A stretch of DNA of 64,000 bases from the NCBI GenBank assembly GCA_038063735.1, contig JBBTUN010000001.1:9751-73750 (forward strand). Direction: 5' to 3'. The stretch comes from Patescibacteria group bacterium (lineage in GTDB: Bacteria > Patescibacteriota > Microgenomatia > Curtissbacterales > GWA2-41-24). A program made the position numbers and the translations under genes. Of the stretch, positions 49,391-60,294 are shown piece after piece (the first letter of the stretch is position 1; every line of letters begins with the position of its first letter). The notes under the pieces were generated by a model that was not told where the DNA came from, did no database searches, and was given only the letters and a program-made list of their open reading frames with translations.

Positions 49391-49464
49391 CGGGGAGTAG
49401 TATAGTGGTAACACACTGCGCTGGGGGTGCAGTATCGGGAGTTCGATTCTCCCCTCCCCGACCA
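49391..49464 (+). tRNA. tRNA-Pro (anticodon GGG), CCA encoded
   Basis: Acceptor CGGGGAG/CTCCCCG. Anticodon stem CUGCG/UGCAG with loop CUGGGGG. T arm GGGAG-UUCGAUU-CUCCC. Discriminator A followed by CCA. Confidence 0.8.
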
Positions 49465-49508
49465 AATTTTTACTTTACAAAAAGTAATATCTGTGATCTA
49501 ATAATCCT

Positions 49509-49898
49509 ATGATTAAGTTACCGGAGATCCACGTGCCGAAGCTTTTTGGCGGTGGGCAAAAAACCCCGGAAGCGATTGATGGGAATAATGCGGCTTCGGC
49601 GCCATTTTCCCCAAGCGGTCCAGCTCCGGAAATTCCAACAGGTGCGGGTGTTACTCCACCGGTTGGAGAGGTACCTGCACCTGGTAGTGACACAGGGGTG
49701 AATGCAATACCAGAAGCACCAGTTGCCGGTAATGCGTCTGCTGCTGTAGGTGAGCCTCTTACAGGCGTTGCTGCAGTACCAGATGCTGCTGATACACAAG
49801 CTGTTATTAGCGATTTACAGGCTCAAATGTCTAGCGATCCTACTTCGACCACAGCAGGTGCTGAGTCAACAACACAACCTGTTGATAAGGCCGCATAA
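49509..49898 (+). CDS. hypothetical Pro/Ala/Gly-rich low-complexity protein
   Basis: 129-aa ORF in a locally GC-rich patch. Two overlapping antisense ORFs make coding uncertain. Confidence 0.3.
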   Translation: MIKLPEIHVPKLFGGGQKTPEAIDGNNAASAPFSPSGPAPEIPTGAGVTPPVGEVPAPGSDTGVNAIPEAPVAGNASAAVGEPLTGVAAVPDAADTQAVISDLQAQMSSDPTSTTAGAESTTQPVDKAA

Positions 49899-49914
49899 GT
49901 TTTATTGCAGATAT

Positions 49915-50334
49915 TTATCGCTTTGGAGATTGTTTCCCCTTGCGGGCTTTTTGGGCGAGACCATATTTTCTTCTTTCTTTAACCCTTGCGTCTCGCGTTA
50001 GCATCCCGGCTTTTTTTAAGATGGCTCTGTAATTATCCCTGCTTACATTGTTAAGTGCTAAGGACATACCGTGAACTACGGCATCGAGCTGACCTTTTTT
50101 ACCGGATCCGTCTACCTTAATAGTTGCGTAATATTTGCCTTCTGTTTTGGTAAGACGGAATGGTTTTTCAAAAAAAGATTTTTCGGATGCTGAAGGAAAA
50201 TATTCTGCTATTGGTTTGTCATTAACTAAAGTTTGGCCTTTGCCTGCAAAAAGTCGAACTCTGGCAACAGCTTCTTTTCTTCTTCCGTGCGCGTAAGTAT
50301 AACTTTTATTATTGGTCGGTTTTGATTCTTCCAT
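49915..50334 (-). CDS. rpsI: 30S ribosomal protein S9
   Basis: GRRKEAVARVRL. The start is trimmed to the internal ATG. The ORF track extends to 50421. Confidence 0.85.
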   Translation of the reverse strand: MEESKPTNNKSYTYAHGRRKEAVARVRLFAGKGQTLVNDKPIAEYFPSASEKSFFEKPFRLTKTEGKYYATIKVDGSGKKGQLDAVVHGMSLALNNVSRDNYRAILKKAGMLTRDARVKERRKYGLAQKARKGKQSPKR

Positions 50335-50335
50335 T

Positions 50336-50782
50336 TTAGTTTGCCCCCTTTTCCAGTTTATTTGATGTTTCGCCTGTCGAGAATTTATCTTTATAAGGGT
50401 GGGTGGTTCCCGGATACACAAAAAGTTTTTTTAACATTAGTTTGCCCATTTTTGTCTTTGGTAACATTCCAAATACGGAATCTCGTATTAAATCGTTTGG
50501 TTTTTGAGATCTCGTCTGGCTCGCTGTTTTCATATAAAGACCACCCGGGTATCCTGAATGTCTGTAGTAGATTTTCTGATTTTCTTTTTTCCCGGAAAGA
50601 ACTATTTTTTCAGAATTAATAACTACAACACTGTCACCGGTATCCAGGTTTGGGGAATAGTACACTTTGTTTTTACCCATAAGATGCATCGCTATTTCCG
50701 TTGAAACTCGTCCTAAGATCTTATTTTTGGCGTCTACAAGGCGCCAATTTTTTTCAATTTGTTTTTTCTTTATACTTTTCAT
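50336..50782 (-). CDS. rplM: 50S ribosomal protein L13
   Basis: WRLVDAKNKILGRVSTEIA. Confidence 0.9.
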   Translation of the reverse strand: MKSIKKKQIEKNWRLVDAKNKILGRVSTEIAMHLMGKNKVYYSPNLDTGDSVVVINSEKIVLSGKKENQKIYYRHSGYPGGLYMKTASQTRSQKPNDLIRDSVFGMLPKTKMGKLMLKKLFVYPGTTHPYKDKFSTGETSNKLEKGAN

Positions 50783-51261
50783 TTTTTATTAATTTTCTTG
50801 CCAGGTGCTGTTTTTTTAACTGCAGGTTTTTTTGGCGTTGCTGCGGTTTTTTTATTTTTTGCCCTTTTGGCTTTTACTTTAGGTTCTTGTTTTTTGATTT
50901 TTGTTTTATCCCAGGCAACAAGTTCCAGTTTTGCCATAGGCGCATTGTCTCCTTTTCTTGGAGCAATTTTTAGTATCCTTGTATAGCCACTGGTTCTTTG
51001 CTCAAAACCGGGGGCGATTTCGTTTATCAGCCTTAAAAAGGCACGGCTTGAGAGTGTAGATGCTATCTTTCTTTTTCCTCTAAGCTTAGTCTTTTTTGCA
51101 CTTGTTATGGTTTTTTCAACATAACTTCGTGCAAACTTTGCCTTAGCAAGAGTGGTTGTTATTTGGCCGTGCAAAAACAGTGAGTTTGCCAAATTATTAA
51201 GCAGAGCTTTTCTGGAATTTGTATCTCTACTTAATTTTCTGCCTGATACTCTGTGTTTCAC
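50779..51261 (-). CDS. rplQ: 50S ribosomal protein L17 (Lys-rich C-terminal tail)
   Basis: MKHRVSGRKLSRDTNSRKALLNNLANSL. Confidence 0.9.
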   Translation of the reverse strand: MKHRVSGRKLSRDTNSRKALLNNLANSLFLHGQITTTLAKAKFARSYVEKTITSAKKTKLRGKRKIASTLSSRAFLRLINEIAPGFEQRTSGYTRILKIAPRKGDNAPMAKLELVAWDKTKIKKQEPKVKAKRAKNKKTAATPKKPAVKKTAPGKKINKK

Positions 51262-52187
51262 TTTATTTCAATCCCTCTCTCTCTTAATTTCTCTTCAACC
51301 AAAGCTATCGATTTTGGTCCTAAGTTCTTCATTTTCATCAGCTCTTTTTTGTCTCTGTCCATAAAGTCGCCAATCGTTTCAATTTTTCCACTCTTTAAGC
51401 TGTTTGTAAGTCTTACAGGAAGATCCAGTTCTTCGAGTGAAGTTTTTACAATTTCATCTGTTAGGGCTGTTGTTGGTTCAACTACCTCTGACTTTTGTTT
51501 CTTAGGACTTTGTTGTGGTTCATATATTGTTGCGAAGTGATCAACCAATATTTTTGCTGCCTGCTTTAGAGCATCTGATGGTTTAACTGTTCCATCGGTT
51601 GTGATCTCTATTGTCAACTTATCAAAGTTGGTGACTCTTCCAACACGTGTTGCTTCAACGTGATAGTTAGCCTTGCTAACAGGTGAAAAATTAGCATCTA
51701 CCGGAATTAATCCGATTTCACCAGTTTTTCTTTCGTCAGCCAAGGAGTAACCACTTCCGTTTTCTGCAATAATACTTGCTGTTAACTTAGCTTTTGCGTC
51801 TGCCAGACGTGCCAAGGTAAGATCTCCGTTTACAATTTCTGCACCGGCACTTGGAGTTAAATCTTTTGCTTTAACTTCTTTTGGTCCTTTAACGTCTAGT
51901 GTAAGTTTTACAGGTTTGTCCGAAGAAATTTTTAGACGGAGCTTTTTAAGGTTCAAAATAAATTCTACTATGTCTTCTGACATACCATTAACTGCAGTAA
52001 ATTGGTGTCTTACACCAGAAATTTTTACCTGCGTTACTGCTGCACCAGACAAAGAAGTCAAAAGTACGCGTCGCAGAGAATTTCCAATAGTATGACCATA
52101 TCCTTGATCTAAAGGTTCGATTACAAATTTACCAAAATCTTCTGTTTCTTTTTCTGTTTCTGTTATTATTTGAGATAAATCTAACAC
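51258..52187 (-). CDS. rpoA: DNA-directed RNA polymerase subunit alpha
   Basis: GHTIGNSLRRVLLTSL and the C-terminal CTD. Confidence 0.9.
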   Translation of the reverse strand: MLDLSQIITETEKETEDFGKFVIEPLDQGYGHTIGNSLRRVLLTSLSGAAVTQVKISGVRHQFTAVNGMSEDIVEFILNLKKLRLKISSDKPVKLTLDVKGPKEVKAKDLTPSAGAEIVNGDLTLARLADAKAKLTASIIAENGSGYSLADERKTGEIGLIPVDANFSPVSKANYHVEATRVGRVTNFDKLTIEITTDGTVKPSDALKQAAKILVDHFATIYEPQQSPKKQKSEVVEPTTALTDEIVKTSLEELDLPVRLTNSLKSGKIETIGDFMDRDKKELMKMKNLGPKSIALVEEKLRERGIEIK

Positions 52188-52261
52188 TCTTCTTTCACCT
52201 CCTTTAATATTTTGTTTATAAATTTCATATGTATATTATGGTTCCCTAACGGGAGAGCTCG

Positions 52262-52870
52262 CTAACGTGAGTAGAACTCAACAATTAGCTTCTCATTTAT
52301 TTCTGCGTCAATATCTTCTCTTTTTGGAAGAGATTTAATTTTGCCTACTGTTATTTTTCTTTCTAGCCAAGCAGGTAAATTTACACCTTTAGTATCTTCC
52401 AGCAATTTTTTTATAAAGTCCCAATTTGAAGCTTTTTCCGAAAGAGTTACAATGTCGCCAATTTTAACATTATAAGAGGGAATAGTCACCCTTTTTCCGT
52501 TTACAGACACATGGCCATGAGACACAAGCTGGCGTGCCTGATACCTCGTCCTTGAAAGGTTTAGACGGTAAATAACGTTATCCAGTCTGGTTTCCAGAAT
52601 GTTTAAAAGCGCGTCTCCTGTTGCAGTTTTTTTCCTGGAGGCAATGTTAAAGTATTTTTCAAATTGTCGCTCCAGTACTCCATACATTCTTTTCACTTTT
52701 TGTTTTTCTCTAAGTTGGATACCATATTCGGACAATTTTCGATGACCCTTTTGCCCGTGTTGACCGGGAGGGCCTGCATTTTTTCTGATAACCGGGCATG
52801 TTGGAAGGCCACAAATTGCTGCACCTTCTGCGCGACATAGCCTATGCTTAGGACCGGTGTATCTTGCCAT
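52262..52870 (-). CDS. rpsD: 30S ribosomal protein S4
   Basis: MARYTGPKHRLCRAEG. Confidence 0.9.
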   Translation of the reverse strand: MARYTGPKHRLCRAEGAAICGLPTCPVIRKNAGPPGQHGQKGHRKLSEYGIQLREKQKVKRMYGVLERQFEKYFNIASRKKTATGDALLNILETRLDNVIYRLNLSRTRYQARQLVSHGHVSVNGKRVTIPSYNVKIGDIVTLSEKASNWDFIKKLLEDTKGVNLPAWLERKITVGKIKSLPKREDIDAEINEKLIVEFYSR

Positions 52871-53260
52871 TTAAACTCTCCTCCTCTTCGTTGCTCTGGG
52901 GCCGTTGTGAGGAATAGGTGTTACATCGGATATCATTGTTATGTTAAGTCCTGCTGCCTTAAAGGCCCTAATTGAGCTATCGCGACCAGGGCCTGGGCCT
53001 TTTACATAAATTTCTATAGTAGAAACTCCCATCTCTTTAGCTTTTTTTGCTATGTTTTCTACAACGGTTGTAGCTGCGTATGGGGTAGACTTACGAGCTC
53101 CTTTAAAATTTGAGGCGCCGGCAGAACCCCAAACTAACGTGTCACCATTACCATCCGTTAATGTGACAAGCGTGTTATTGAATGTGGCAGTAACATAGGC
53201 TTTTGCGTGGCTGATTTTCCTATCTGTTGGTTTTTTATTTTTTTTAATTTCTTTTGCCAT
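52871..53260 (-). CDS. rpsK: 30S ribosomal protein S11
   Basis: Conserved S11 core. Confidence 0.9.
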   Translation of the reverse strand: MAKEIKKNKKPTDRKISHAKAYVTATFNNTLVTLTDGNGDTLVWGSAGASNFKGARKSTPYAATTVVENIAKKAKEMGVSTIEIYVKGPGPGRDSSIRAFKAAGLNITMISDVTPIPHNGPRATKRRRV

Positions 53261-53263
53261 GAT

Positions 53264-53659
53264 TTATTTTGTTGGAGCTATTTTTGCGACAACATCTTTT
53301 CTAACTGTTCCAATTGTTAACTTTTTACCTCTTTTCGTCCTGGCGTTAACTCTTGTTCTCTGGCCGCGTACAGGAAGGTTTTTAGAGTGTCTTGTTCCCC
53401 TGTAGGAACCTATTTCTTGCAACCTTTTAATATTACTTTGAATTTCGCGTCTCAGGTCACCTTCAACCTTGTATTTTTCTATTTCCTTTTGAAGTTTATT
53501 AACTTCATCTTCCGTTAAACTTTTTGTTCGCTGATTTAAATCAAGCTTACAATCTCGTATTATTTTCCTGGCAAGCGTAGGCCCAATACCATAGATATAG
53601 GGAAGGGCTGCTTCGAGCCTTTTGTCGTTTGGTAAATCTACTCCTGCAATTCTTGCCAT
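53264..53659 (-). CDS. rpsM: 30S ribosomal protein S13
   Basis: [14 protein letters not shown]. The start is trimmed to this ATG. The ORF track extends to 53707. Confidence 0.9.
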   Translation of the reverse strand: MARIAGVDLPNDKRLEAALPYIYGIGPTLARKIIRDCKLDLNQRTKSLTEDEVNKLQKEIEKYKVEGDLRREIQSNIKRLQEIGSYRGTRHSKNLPVRGQRTRVNARTKRGKKLTIGTVRKDVVAKIAPTK

Positions 53660-53667
53660 TTTTAATT

Positions 53668-53784
53668 TTATCCCTGTCGTTGTTTGTGCCTTGGGTTTGT
53701 GGCACAAATTACGTAAAGACGTCCTTTCCGCTTAACTATTTTGCAATTAACACACCTTTTTTTTACACTTGCCTGAACTTTCAT
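53668..53784 (-). CDS. rpmJ: 50S ribosomal protein L36 (zinc ribbon)
   Basis: Manual translation [38 protein letters not shown], 38 aa. Below the ORF-track size cut-off. Confidence 0.85.
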   Translation of the reverse strand: MKVQASVKKRCVNCKIVKRKGRLYVICATNPRHKQRQG

Positions 53785-53794
53785 ATAACTTTTA

Positions 53795-54034
53795 TTAATT
53801 CCTGTAGGTTATTCTACCTTTGGTTAAGTCGTAGGGCGTTACTTCTATTTTTACCCTATCACCCGGCAAAATTCTTACGTAATGAATTCTCATTTTACCG
53901 GAAAGGTGACAAAGAACAATTCTTTCTTCATTTATATTTGGCAGCTGACCTACAGGAACTCTTACCCTAAACATTGTATTGGGTAGAGCTTCAGTTACTT
54001 CTCCTTCAATTTCTAACACTCCAGATTTAGCCAT
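53795..54034 (-). CDS. infA: translation initiation factor IF-1
   Basis: 79 aa with the S1-like fold. Confidence 0.9.
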   Translation of the reverse strand: MAKSGVLEIEGEVTEALPNTMFRVRVPVGQLPNINEERIVLCHLSGKMRIHYVRILPGDRVKIEVTPYDLTKGRITYRN

Positions 54035-54061
54035 AATTTCCGATCAATCATTGTACCTAAT

Positions 54062-54817
54062 TTATAGGTACGGCGTCAATACTATAGGGCCGGATTTTTG
54101 AATTGCTACCGTCTGTTCAAAGAGTCCTCCAAGCGACCCGTCTGTCGATGAAATTGTCCAACTATCCTTTTCCACACCTACTTCTCCGGAACCTTGGGTA
54201 TAAATAACCTCAATGGCAAGAGTCATATTCTCTTGAATTTTAGGTCCTGTTCCATTTTTGCCAAATCCGGGTATCATCGGTTCTTCGTGCAGCTGCCTAC
54301 CAACTCCGTGGCCGGTTAAGTTTTTAACAATAGAGTAGCCTGCTCCCTCGATACCTTTTTGAATCACGCTGGAAATATCTCCTATGTGATTTCCCGGTTT
54401 TGCAGCAAGAAGCGCAGCTTTCAGCGTATTTTTCCCGGCTTCCAAAAATTCTTGTTTATCTTTAGAAACATTGCCCACAGGTACGCTTATTGCAAGATCA
54501 CTGTGGTAACCATTGTAAAGTGCTCCTATGTCTATACCTAAAATGTCACCATCCTCCAGTTTTCTACCAGTAGGTATTCCATGCACCACCTGTTCATTTA
54601 TTGTTGTGCAGATGGTGTGCTGGTAACCATCAACTGTCATAAACGACGGGCTTGCACCCTTTTTTTCTATTTCTTGCCGGGCAATAATATCCAGTTGCCG
54701 GCACGTGACTCCAGGTTTTACGTTTTCTAAAACTTTCTTTAGCGCCTGGGCACAAATCTTGCCTGAAACTTTCATGAGTTCTAGTTCCTTTTTAGTTTTT
54801 ACAGTTGTTTTGCTCAT
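54062..54817 (-). CDS. map: methionine aminopeptidase type I
   Basis: 251 aa with pita-bread fold metal ligands. Confidence 0.9.
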   Translation of the reverse strand: MSKTTVKTKKELELMKVSGKICAQALKKVLENVKPGVTCRQLDIIARQEIEKKGASPSFMTVDGYQHTICTTINEQVVHGIPTGRKLEDGDILGIDIGALYNGYHSDLAISVPVGNVSKDKQEFLEAGKNTLKAALLAAKPGNHIGDISSVIQKGIEGAGYSIVKNLTGHGVGRQLHEEPMIPGFGKNGTGPKIQENMTLAIEVIYTQGSGEVGVEKDSWTISSTDGSLGGLFEQTVAIQKSGPIVLTPYL

Positions 54818-55344
54818 TTACTAAATTTTTTTACTAGCTCGTTGTTAATAACTTCAATAGGCCTTTCGCCATTTATTTCATCCAGTATCCCTTTTTCTCT
54901 AAAATAAGAAAGCAGTGGCTCGGTTTTTTCGTGATAAATTTCCAGTCGTCTTTTTAATGCTTCATCGGTATCATCGTGTCTTCCTCTGGCTGCCAAGCGT
55001 TTAATAGCTTCTACATCACTTACTTTTACGTAAAAAACTCTGTCAACTTCCGTTTTTAATCCATCAAGCTGAGCTTGATTTCTTGGATATCCATCTAAAA
55101 TGAAACCATTTTTATACTCTGGCTGCTTTATTTTTTCATCCAGTGCATTTATCGCAATACTATCCGGGACAAGTTCTCCTTTATCCAGTGACGCTTTTAT
55201 TTTCCTGCCTACCTCCGAATTTTCTTGCGCAAAGTCTCTAAAAATTTGTCCCATTTCGATATATGATAAATTTAACTGTTCTGCCAGCAATTTAGCTTGT
55301 GTGGACTTGCCTGAACCTTGGGGACCTAAAAAAATTATTTTCAT
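54814..55344 (-). CDS. adk: adenylate kinase (short form without LID insertion)
   Basis: IFLGPQGSGKSTQA P-loop. 176 aa. Confidence 0.85.
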   Translation of the reverse strand: MKIIFLGPQGSGKSTQAKLLAEQLNLSYIEMGQIFRDFAQENSEVGRKIKASLDKGELVPDSIAINALDEKIKQPEYKNGFILDGYPRNQAQLDGLKTEVDRVFYVKVSDVEAIKRLAARGRHDDTDEALKRRLEIYHEKTEPLLSYFREKGILDEINGERPIEVINNELVKKFSK

Positions 55345-55345
55345 A

Positions 55346-56647
55346 TTAAAATCCTCGCTTTCCGGTTCCAGTCAAAAAAGTGTCATAATCGCTCATCACC
55401 ATTTGAGATTCTATCTGTTTAGTTGTTTCTAAAATTACGGACACAACGATAAGCAGGCCAGTTCCACCAATCATTAGAGATTGAATTCCAGTAAGGCTTT
55501 GCCCTATGGATGGGAGCACGGCAACTATTCCTAAAAACAGCGCGCCAAATAAAGTAATTCTCAGTGAGATGTAATCTAAATATTTTTTTGTGGGGACTCC
55601 CGGTCTAATTCCCGGCATAAAACTGCCCTGTTTCATAAGCATTTCGGAGATTTGTTTCGTATTAAAGGCAACGGTTGTATAGAAATATGTAAATAAAACT
55701 ACAAGTGCAAAGTAGGAAATATTGTAAACTATGCCACCGGGATTGAAGGCTCTTTGTAAATTTTGTGCAAAATTAGCTATAAGAATATTTGGTGATTGTT
55801 CAAAGAAACTGGCAAAAGTGGTTGGCAACAAAATTAAAGACACAGCAAAAATTATTGGTATCACCCCAGCCTGATTTAATCTAAGTGGAATGAAGCTGGA
55901 TGTACTAGATGCCGCCCCTCCTTGTCCTCTTCTTGAGTATTGTACTTTTATTGGTCTTCGTGCTTCTGTAACAATAACAATCGATACAACAACCAAAAGC
56001 GCCATGACTATAAAAATAATGAGGTTCTTAAATTGAGAGGGATCAAAAACTGATGCCTGCTGAAAAAGACTTATAGGTAACCTTCCCACAATGCCCGCAA
56101 AAATGATCATGGAAATTCCATTGCCAACACCCTTTTCCGAAATTAATTCTCCGAGCCACATTAAAAAAATTGTGCCTGCAGTTATTGTACAAATTAATGA
56201 CAATAATGTTAGTGGACTTACGGCCGTTAGGATTTTTGAATTTTGAAGAAGAATATAAATCCCAAATGCTTGAACGGTTGCAAGAGGAACTGTTAAGTAT
56301 CTTGTATACTGATTTATTTTTTCTCTTCCTGCTTCGCCCTCTTTTGCAAGTTCTTCAAGTTTTGGGAAAACCATCTGCAGAAGTTGGATGATTATACTGG
56401 CGTTAATATATGGGTTAAGCCCCAAAGACAAAACTGAAAAGTTTGCAAGCGTTCCTCCTGAGAAAATATCTAGAAGTGATAAAAATTGACTCTGTTCAAA
56501 TATTCTTTTTAAGGAACCGACATCAACACCTGGTACAGGTACTTGAGCAAAAACCCTGAAAATAAAAAAGATAAATGCAGTAAAAAGTAATTTTTTTCTT
56601 AAATCTTTAACTTTAAATATTTTTAGTATATACTCTAGGTAATTCAC
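55346..56647 (-). CDS. secY: preprotein translocase SecY
   Basis: 433 aa, 10 TM helices, SecY signature. Confidence 0.9.
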   Translation of the reverse strand: MNYLEYILKIFKVKDLRKKLLFTAFIFFIFRVFAQVPVPGVDVGSLKRIFEQSQFLSLLDIFSGGTLANFSVLSLGLNPYINASIIIQLLQMVFPKLEELAKEGEAGREKINQYTRYLTVPLATVQAFGIYILLQNSKILTAVSPLTLLSLICTITAGTIFLMWLGELISEKGVGNGISMIIFAGIVGRLPISLFQQASVFDPSQFKNLIIFIVMALLVVVSIVIVTEARRPIKVQYSRRGQGGAASSTSSFIPLRLNQAGVIPIIFAVSLILLPTTFASFFEQSPNILIANFAQNLQRAFNPGGIVYNISYFALVVLFTYFYTTVAFNTKQISEMLMKQGSFMPGIRPGVPTKKYLDYISLRITLFGALFLGIVAVLPSIGQSLTGIQSLMIGGTGLLIVVSVILETTKQIESQMVMSDYDTFLTGTGKRGF

Positions 56648-56655
56648 TTTAGATT

Positions 56656-57120
56656 TTATTTATCATCATTTTTATGGGTGAAAATTTTTCCTTGTGATTT
56701 TGTTGTTTTTTCCTGCGCTCTTTTTGAAATCGGCACAGTTATTGTTAGCGCGACTTTAAGGTTTCCTTTGCCTAGTACTTTAACGCCAAACTTTTTAGCA
56801 TCCTTAGCTTTAACGATTCCATTTTTTATTAAAAATTCAAGATCTACGACTTGATTTGCTTTTAGATTGTTTAGGGAATCAAGATTAACAATAATTGGTT
56901 TACTGGAAATTTTTGAGTTACCTTTCCCTCTCATATAAGGTAATCTTTTTATTAAAGGTCTCTGACCGCCTTCAAAGTGGGAGTGGGTGAGCGTTAAACG
57001 GCCTCGCGCATTCTGACCTTTTGTGCCGCGTCCGGATGTTTTTCCTTTTCCAGATCCCGGGCCACGGCCAATTCTTTTTGCACCTTTGTTAGTAACTTTT
57101 GGTAATAGATCTTTTTTCAT
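56656..57120 (-). CDS. rplO: 50S ribosomal protein L15
   Basis: [15 protein letters not shown]. Confidence 0.9.
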   Translation of the reverse strand: MKKDLLPKVTNKGAKRIGRGPGSGKGKTSGRGTKGQNARGRLTLTHSHFEGGQRPLIKRLPYMRGKGNSKISSKPIIVNLDSLNNLKANQVVDLEFLIKNGIVKAKDAKKFGVKVLGKGNLKVALTITVPISKRAQEKTTKSQGKIFTHKNDDK

Positions 57121-57575
57121 TTTGATATAAAACTGTTTAGCGCTTCCAGTGTCGCGTATATGTTTGAAGCCTGATTTTTGGTTCCTAAAACCTTGCTTGA
57201 AATGTTGCTTATGCCTGCAGCTTCCACAACCGATCTAACTGCTCCACCTGCAATTACACCAGTGCCTTCCGGCGCCGGCTTTAAGAGAATTTTGGCAGCT
57301 CCTCTTTTTATGTATATGTCGTGCGGTATTGTGCCGTTTATAATTGGTACGTTAATTAAGTGTTTTTTTCCAAGACTTATGGCTTTTCTGATTGCCGATG
57401 CGACATCTTTTGATTTGCCAAGTCCAACACCTACCCTGCCCTTTCTATCTCCAACCACGACAAGCACAGAAAATCTCATTTGATTTCCACCTTTGGTTTT
57501 TTTGGATACCCTATTTACTGAGATAACTTTCTCTTCGAACTCCCTATTTTCCTGATAATAGTCTGGCCTTGCCAT
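57117..57575 (-). CDS. rpsE: 30S ribosomal protein S5
   Basis: S5 dsRBD and C-terminal domain. It directly abuts rplO, with no L30 gene between them. Confidence 0.9.
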   Translation of the reverse strand: MARPDYYQENREFEEKVISVNRVSKKTKGGNQMRFSVLVVVGDRKGRVGVGLGKSKDVASAIRKAISLGKKHLINVPIINGTIPHDIYIKRGAAKILLKPAPEGTGVIAGGAVRSVVEAAGISNISSKVLGTKNQASNIYATLEALNSFISK

Positions 57576-57910
57576 TAAAAAGTCAGCCCTCCTTCTCTGG
57601 CACCATCTGCAAGAGCTTTAACTCTGCCGTGATACTTGTAACCTGCTCTATCAAAAACAACATTTTTTACGTCTTTTTTTACACCGATTTTTGCAATATC
57701 AAGACCAGTTTCTTTGGCTTTTTGTAAGTTACTTTTCTTTTCAATCTTGGTGTCTGATGTTGCTGCAATTGTTTTTGAAGCATTGTCATCTATTATTTGA
57801 GCATAAATATGTTTATTTGACCTGAACACCACTAGCCTTGGATAAGTTTTCTTAAGGTGACTTTTGACTCTTTGGTGTCTTATTTGTCTCTGAGTTTTTT
57901 TATTTTTCAT
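57575..57910 (-). CDS. rplR: 50S ribosomal protein L18
   Basis: L18 core. Confidence 0.9.
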   Translation of the reverse strand: MKNKKTQRQIRHQRVKSHLKKTYPRLVVFRSNKHIYAQIIDDNASKTIAATSDTKIEKKSNLQKAKETGLDIAKIGVKKDVKNVVFDRAGYKYHGRVKALADGAREGGLTF

Positions 57911-58458
57911 TACGCAGTACCTCCTGCTTTTACAGCCTTACCTGCTTTTCTTCTTATAAATTCACCCATATACTTTATGCCTTTTCCTTTATAGGGCTCC
58001 GGTGGTCTTACTCTTCGGATTTTTGCTGCAGTTTCTCCAACTAAGACTTTATCCGCGCCGGAAACTATTATTTTATTCTCTTTTGTATCAATTTGAATTC
58101 CAGGTATTTGCGCTATAACAACTGGATGTGAATAGCCCACGTTTAATACTAAACTTTCACCTTGCTTTAGCGCCCTGTATCCAACGCCTACCAATTCAAG
58201 TGTTTTTTCATGACCGTTTGACACACCAGTTACCATATTAGCAATGACACTTCTTGTCAGACCATGCAAAGATTTTGCAAGCTTAGTTTCCGAATTTCTG
58301 GTCACCTTAATTTCGTTATCGGTAATAGCCACCTTTATTTCCGGCCTAAGCTGAAAATTTAATGTGCCCTTAGGGCCAGTTATTCCAATTTCGTGATCGA
58401 TAACTGCTGCACTTACTCCAAGTGGTATTGTTATTGGCATTTTTCCTATCTTTGACAT
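57910..58458 (-). CDS. rplF: 50S ribosomal protein L6
   Basis: L6 tandem domains. Confidence 0.9.
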   Translation of the reverse strand: MSKIGKMPITIPLGVSAAVIDHEIGITGPKGTLNFQLRPEIKVAITDNEIKVTRNSETKLAKSLHGLTRSVIANMVTGVSNGHEKTLELVGVGYRALKQGESLVLNVGYSHPVVIAQIPGIQIDTKENKIIVSGADKVLVGETAAKIRRVRPPEPYKGKGIKYMGEFIRRKAGKAVKAGGTA

Positions 58459-58471
58459 AAATTATTGTCCT

Positions 58472-58849
58472 TTACCATACAAGGCAAATGACTTCCCCTC
58501 CTAAGTTTTTCTTTTTTGCATTTTCTGATGTCATGACCCCATATGGCGTTGAAATTATATAAGTTCCACGGCCACCTTTTAGACTGGCTATTTTTTTACT
58601 TTTTGTATAAACACGTAGTCCAGATTTTGAAACTCTTTTAATTTCATTTATCCTGGATTTGTTTTCTCTATAAATTAAACTTATAGAAAGTTTTAATTCG
58701 TTTTTCTGAACTTTTCCGATATATCCACCGCTTTCCAATGCTTTTGCTACCTCTTGTCTAAATTTAGAATAGGGAACAGTGACCGTTTCTTTTTTGGCCA
58801 TATACCCGTTTTTAATTGTAGTAATCATGTTTGCAATCGGATCCATCAA
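58472..58849 (-). CDS. rpsH: 30S ribosomal protein S8
   Basis: S8 core. Confidence 0.9.
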   Translation of the reverse strand: MMDPIANMITTIKNGYMAKKETVTVPYSKFRQEVAKALESGGYIGKVQKNELKLSISLIYRENKSRINEIKRVSKSGLRVYTKSKKIASLKGGRGTYIISTPYGVMTSENAKKKNLGGEVICLVW

Positions 58850-58874
58850 ATTTTCCTTTCTGTTTTCTTAATCT

Positions 58875-59060
58875 TTACCATGATGATTTTTTAACTCCCG
58901 GTATTTCTCCCCTATGTGCTAAATCGCGAAAACAAAGTCTGCAAATTTGAAACTTGCCTATGAAACCCCTAGGCCTTCCACACAAGCGACATCTGTTTCT
59001 GTGCCTTATTTCAAATTTTTGTTTTTTATCGTTTTTTACTATTTTCGATTTTTTTGCCAT
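58875..59060 (-). CDS. rpsZ: 30S ribosomal protein S14 type Z (zinc-binding)
   Basis: 61 aa with CRLCGRPRG...CRLC. Confidence 0.9.
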   Translation of the reverse strand: MAKKSKIVKNDKKQKFEIRHRNRCRLCGRPRGFIGKFQICRLCFRDLAHRGEIPGVKKSSW

Positions 59061-59061
59061 T

Positions 59062-59601
59062 TTATTTTTTAAAAGGTAATCCTAGTAATTCCAAAAGCCT
59101 TTTAGATTTTTGCGGGTCACCATTTTTAATAACAATTGTTATAACCAGTCCCCTGGTTTTATCAATTTTTGAGTATTCCAGTTGAGGAAATAAAAATTGT
59201 TCTGTCATTCCAAAACTATAGTTGCCTTTCGTGTCAAACTTATCTTCCGAGAATCCTCTAAAATCTCTAATTCTAGGTGCTACTATTTTTGCCAGTTTTT
59301 CTAAAAAATCCCATGCTTTCTTACTGCGAAGCGTAACCATAACGCCGATAGGATCTTTTTCCTTTAATTTAAAGGTCGATATGGATTTTTTTGCTAAGGT
59401 AATCCTTGGCTGTTGACCGGTAATAATCGCTAACTGCTCTTTAATTTTATCCAGGACATCTTTACTTGTTAATGCTTCTGACGCGCCCACATTTACAACT
59501 ATCTTTACAACTTTAGGCAATGCCATATTGTTCGTGGCCTTAAACTCTTCTTTTAGTTTAGGTATAACATCATTTTGATAAACAGTTAATAAATTGTTCA
59601 T
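59062..59601 (-). CDS. rplE: 50S ribosomal protein L5
   Basis: L5 core. Confidence 0.9.
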   Translation of the reverse strand: MNNLLTVYQNDVIPKLKEEFKATNNMALPKVVKIVVNVGASEALTSKDVLDKIKEQLAIITGQQPRITLAKKSISTFKLKEKDPIGVMVTLRSKKAWDFLEKLAKIVAPRIRDFRGFSEDKFDTKGNYSFGMTEQFLFPQLEYSKIDKTRGLVITIVIKNGDPQKSKRLLELLGLPFKK

Positions 59602-59924
59602 TTAGATTCCTTTTTATTTGTTATTATTCCTTTACATTTTTTACATACTCTCACTTTATTTTTTCCTTCTTCTTTAAAATTGACTTTAGTTTGCTTACCA
59701 CACTTAGGACAGATTAGTGCAACATTGGAAATTGGAAGTGGGCGAGTGACTTCGAATATTCCCGCTGCCTGGGTTTTTGTCGCTTTTTTGTGTCTTTTAT
59801 ATATGTTTATTCCACCCACTACAATTTTATTTTCGCGAGTTATAACTTTTTCTATCTTTCCTTTTTTGCCCTTATTTCCACCGCTAGTTACGAAAATTTC
59901 ATCTCCAACTTTTAATTTAAACAT
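59598..59924 (-). CDS. rplX: 50S ribosomal protein L24 (KOW) with an unusual Cys4 C-terminal segment
   Basis: KOW motif GDEIFVTSGGNKGKKGKI. The C-terminal region reads CPKCGKQ...CKKCKG. Confidence 0.85.
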   Translation of the reverse strand: MFKLKVGDEIFVTSGGNKGKKGKIEKVITRENKIVVGGINIYKRHKKATKTQAAGIFEVTRPLPISNVALICPKCGKQTKVNFKEEGKNKVRVCKKCKGIITNKKESK

Positions 59925-59925
59925 T

Positions 59926-60294
59926 TTAAATAACCTCCTTGGCTAGCGAAGCAATTTTTGCAAAGCCTTTTTTCTTTATCTCGCTGGCAATGGGTCCAAA
60001 AACGCGTGTCGCTCTTGGTAGGTTGTTGTTATCTATAACAACTGCTGCATTATCCGAAAATCTGATATATGAACCGTCTTTTCTTCTGGTTTCTTTTCTT
60101 GTTCGTACAATTACGGCCTTTACAATTTCATGGTCTTTAACTTGAGTATTTGGTATTGCACCACGGACAGTACAAGTGACAATATCGCCAATTCTTGCAA
60201 AACGCTTACCACAGCCTTTGCCCAAGCCAATTACTACCAAGTTTTTGGCTCCGCTGTTGTCCGCTGCTTTAAGAAATGATCTTGGCATTAACAT
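59926..60294 (-). CDS. rplN: 50S ribosomal protein L14
   Basis: L14 core. Confidence 0.9.
   Translation of the reverse strand: MLMPRSFLKAADNSGAKNLVVIGLGKGCGKRFARIGDIVTCTVRGAIPNTQVKDHEIVKAVIVRTRKETRRKDGSYIRFSDNAAVVIDNNNLPRATRVFGPIASEIKKKGFAKIASLAKEVI

Noticed and set aside
49475-49799. Two minus-strand ORFs (72 and 93 aa) overlapping the Pro/Ala-rich ORF
   Set aside because: Most likely they are artefacts of locally high GC keeping several frames open. They have no start context.
50701-51540. Several 70-95-aa plus-strand ORFs rich in Phe/Cys/Leu
   Set aside because: They are antisense to the Lys-rich tails of L13 and L17 and to rpoA. AAA-rich coding on the other strand gives poly-Phe frames.
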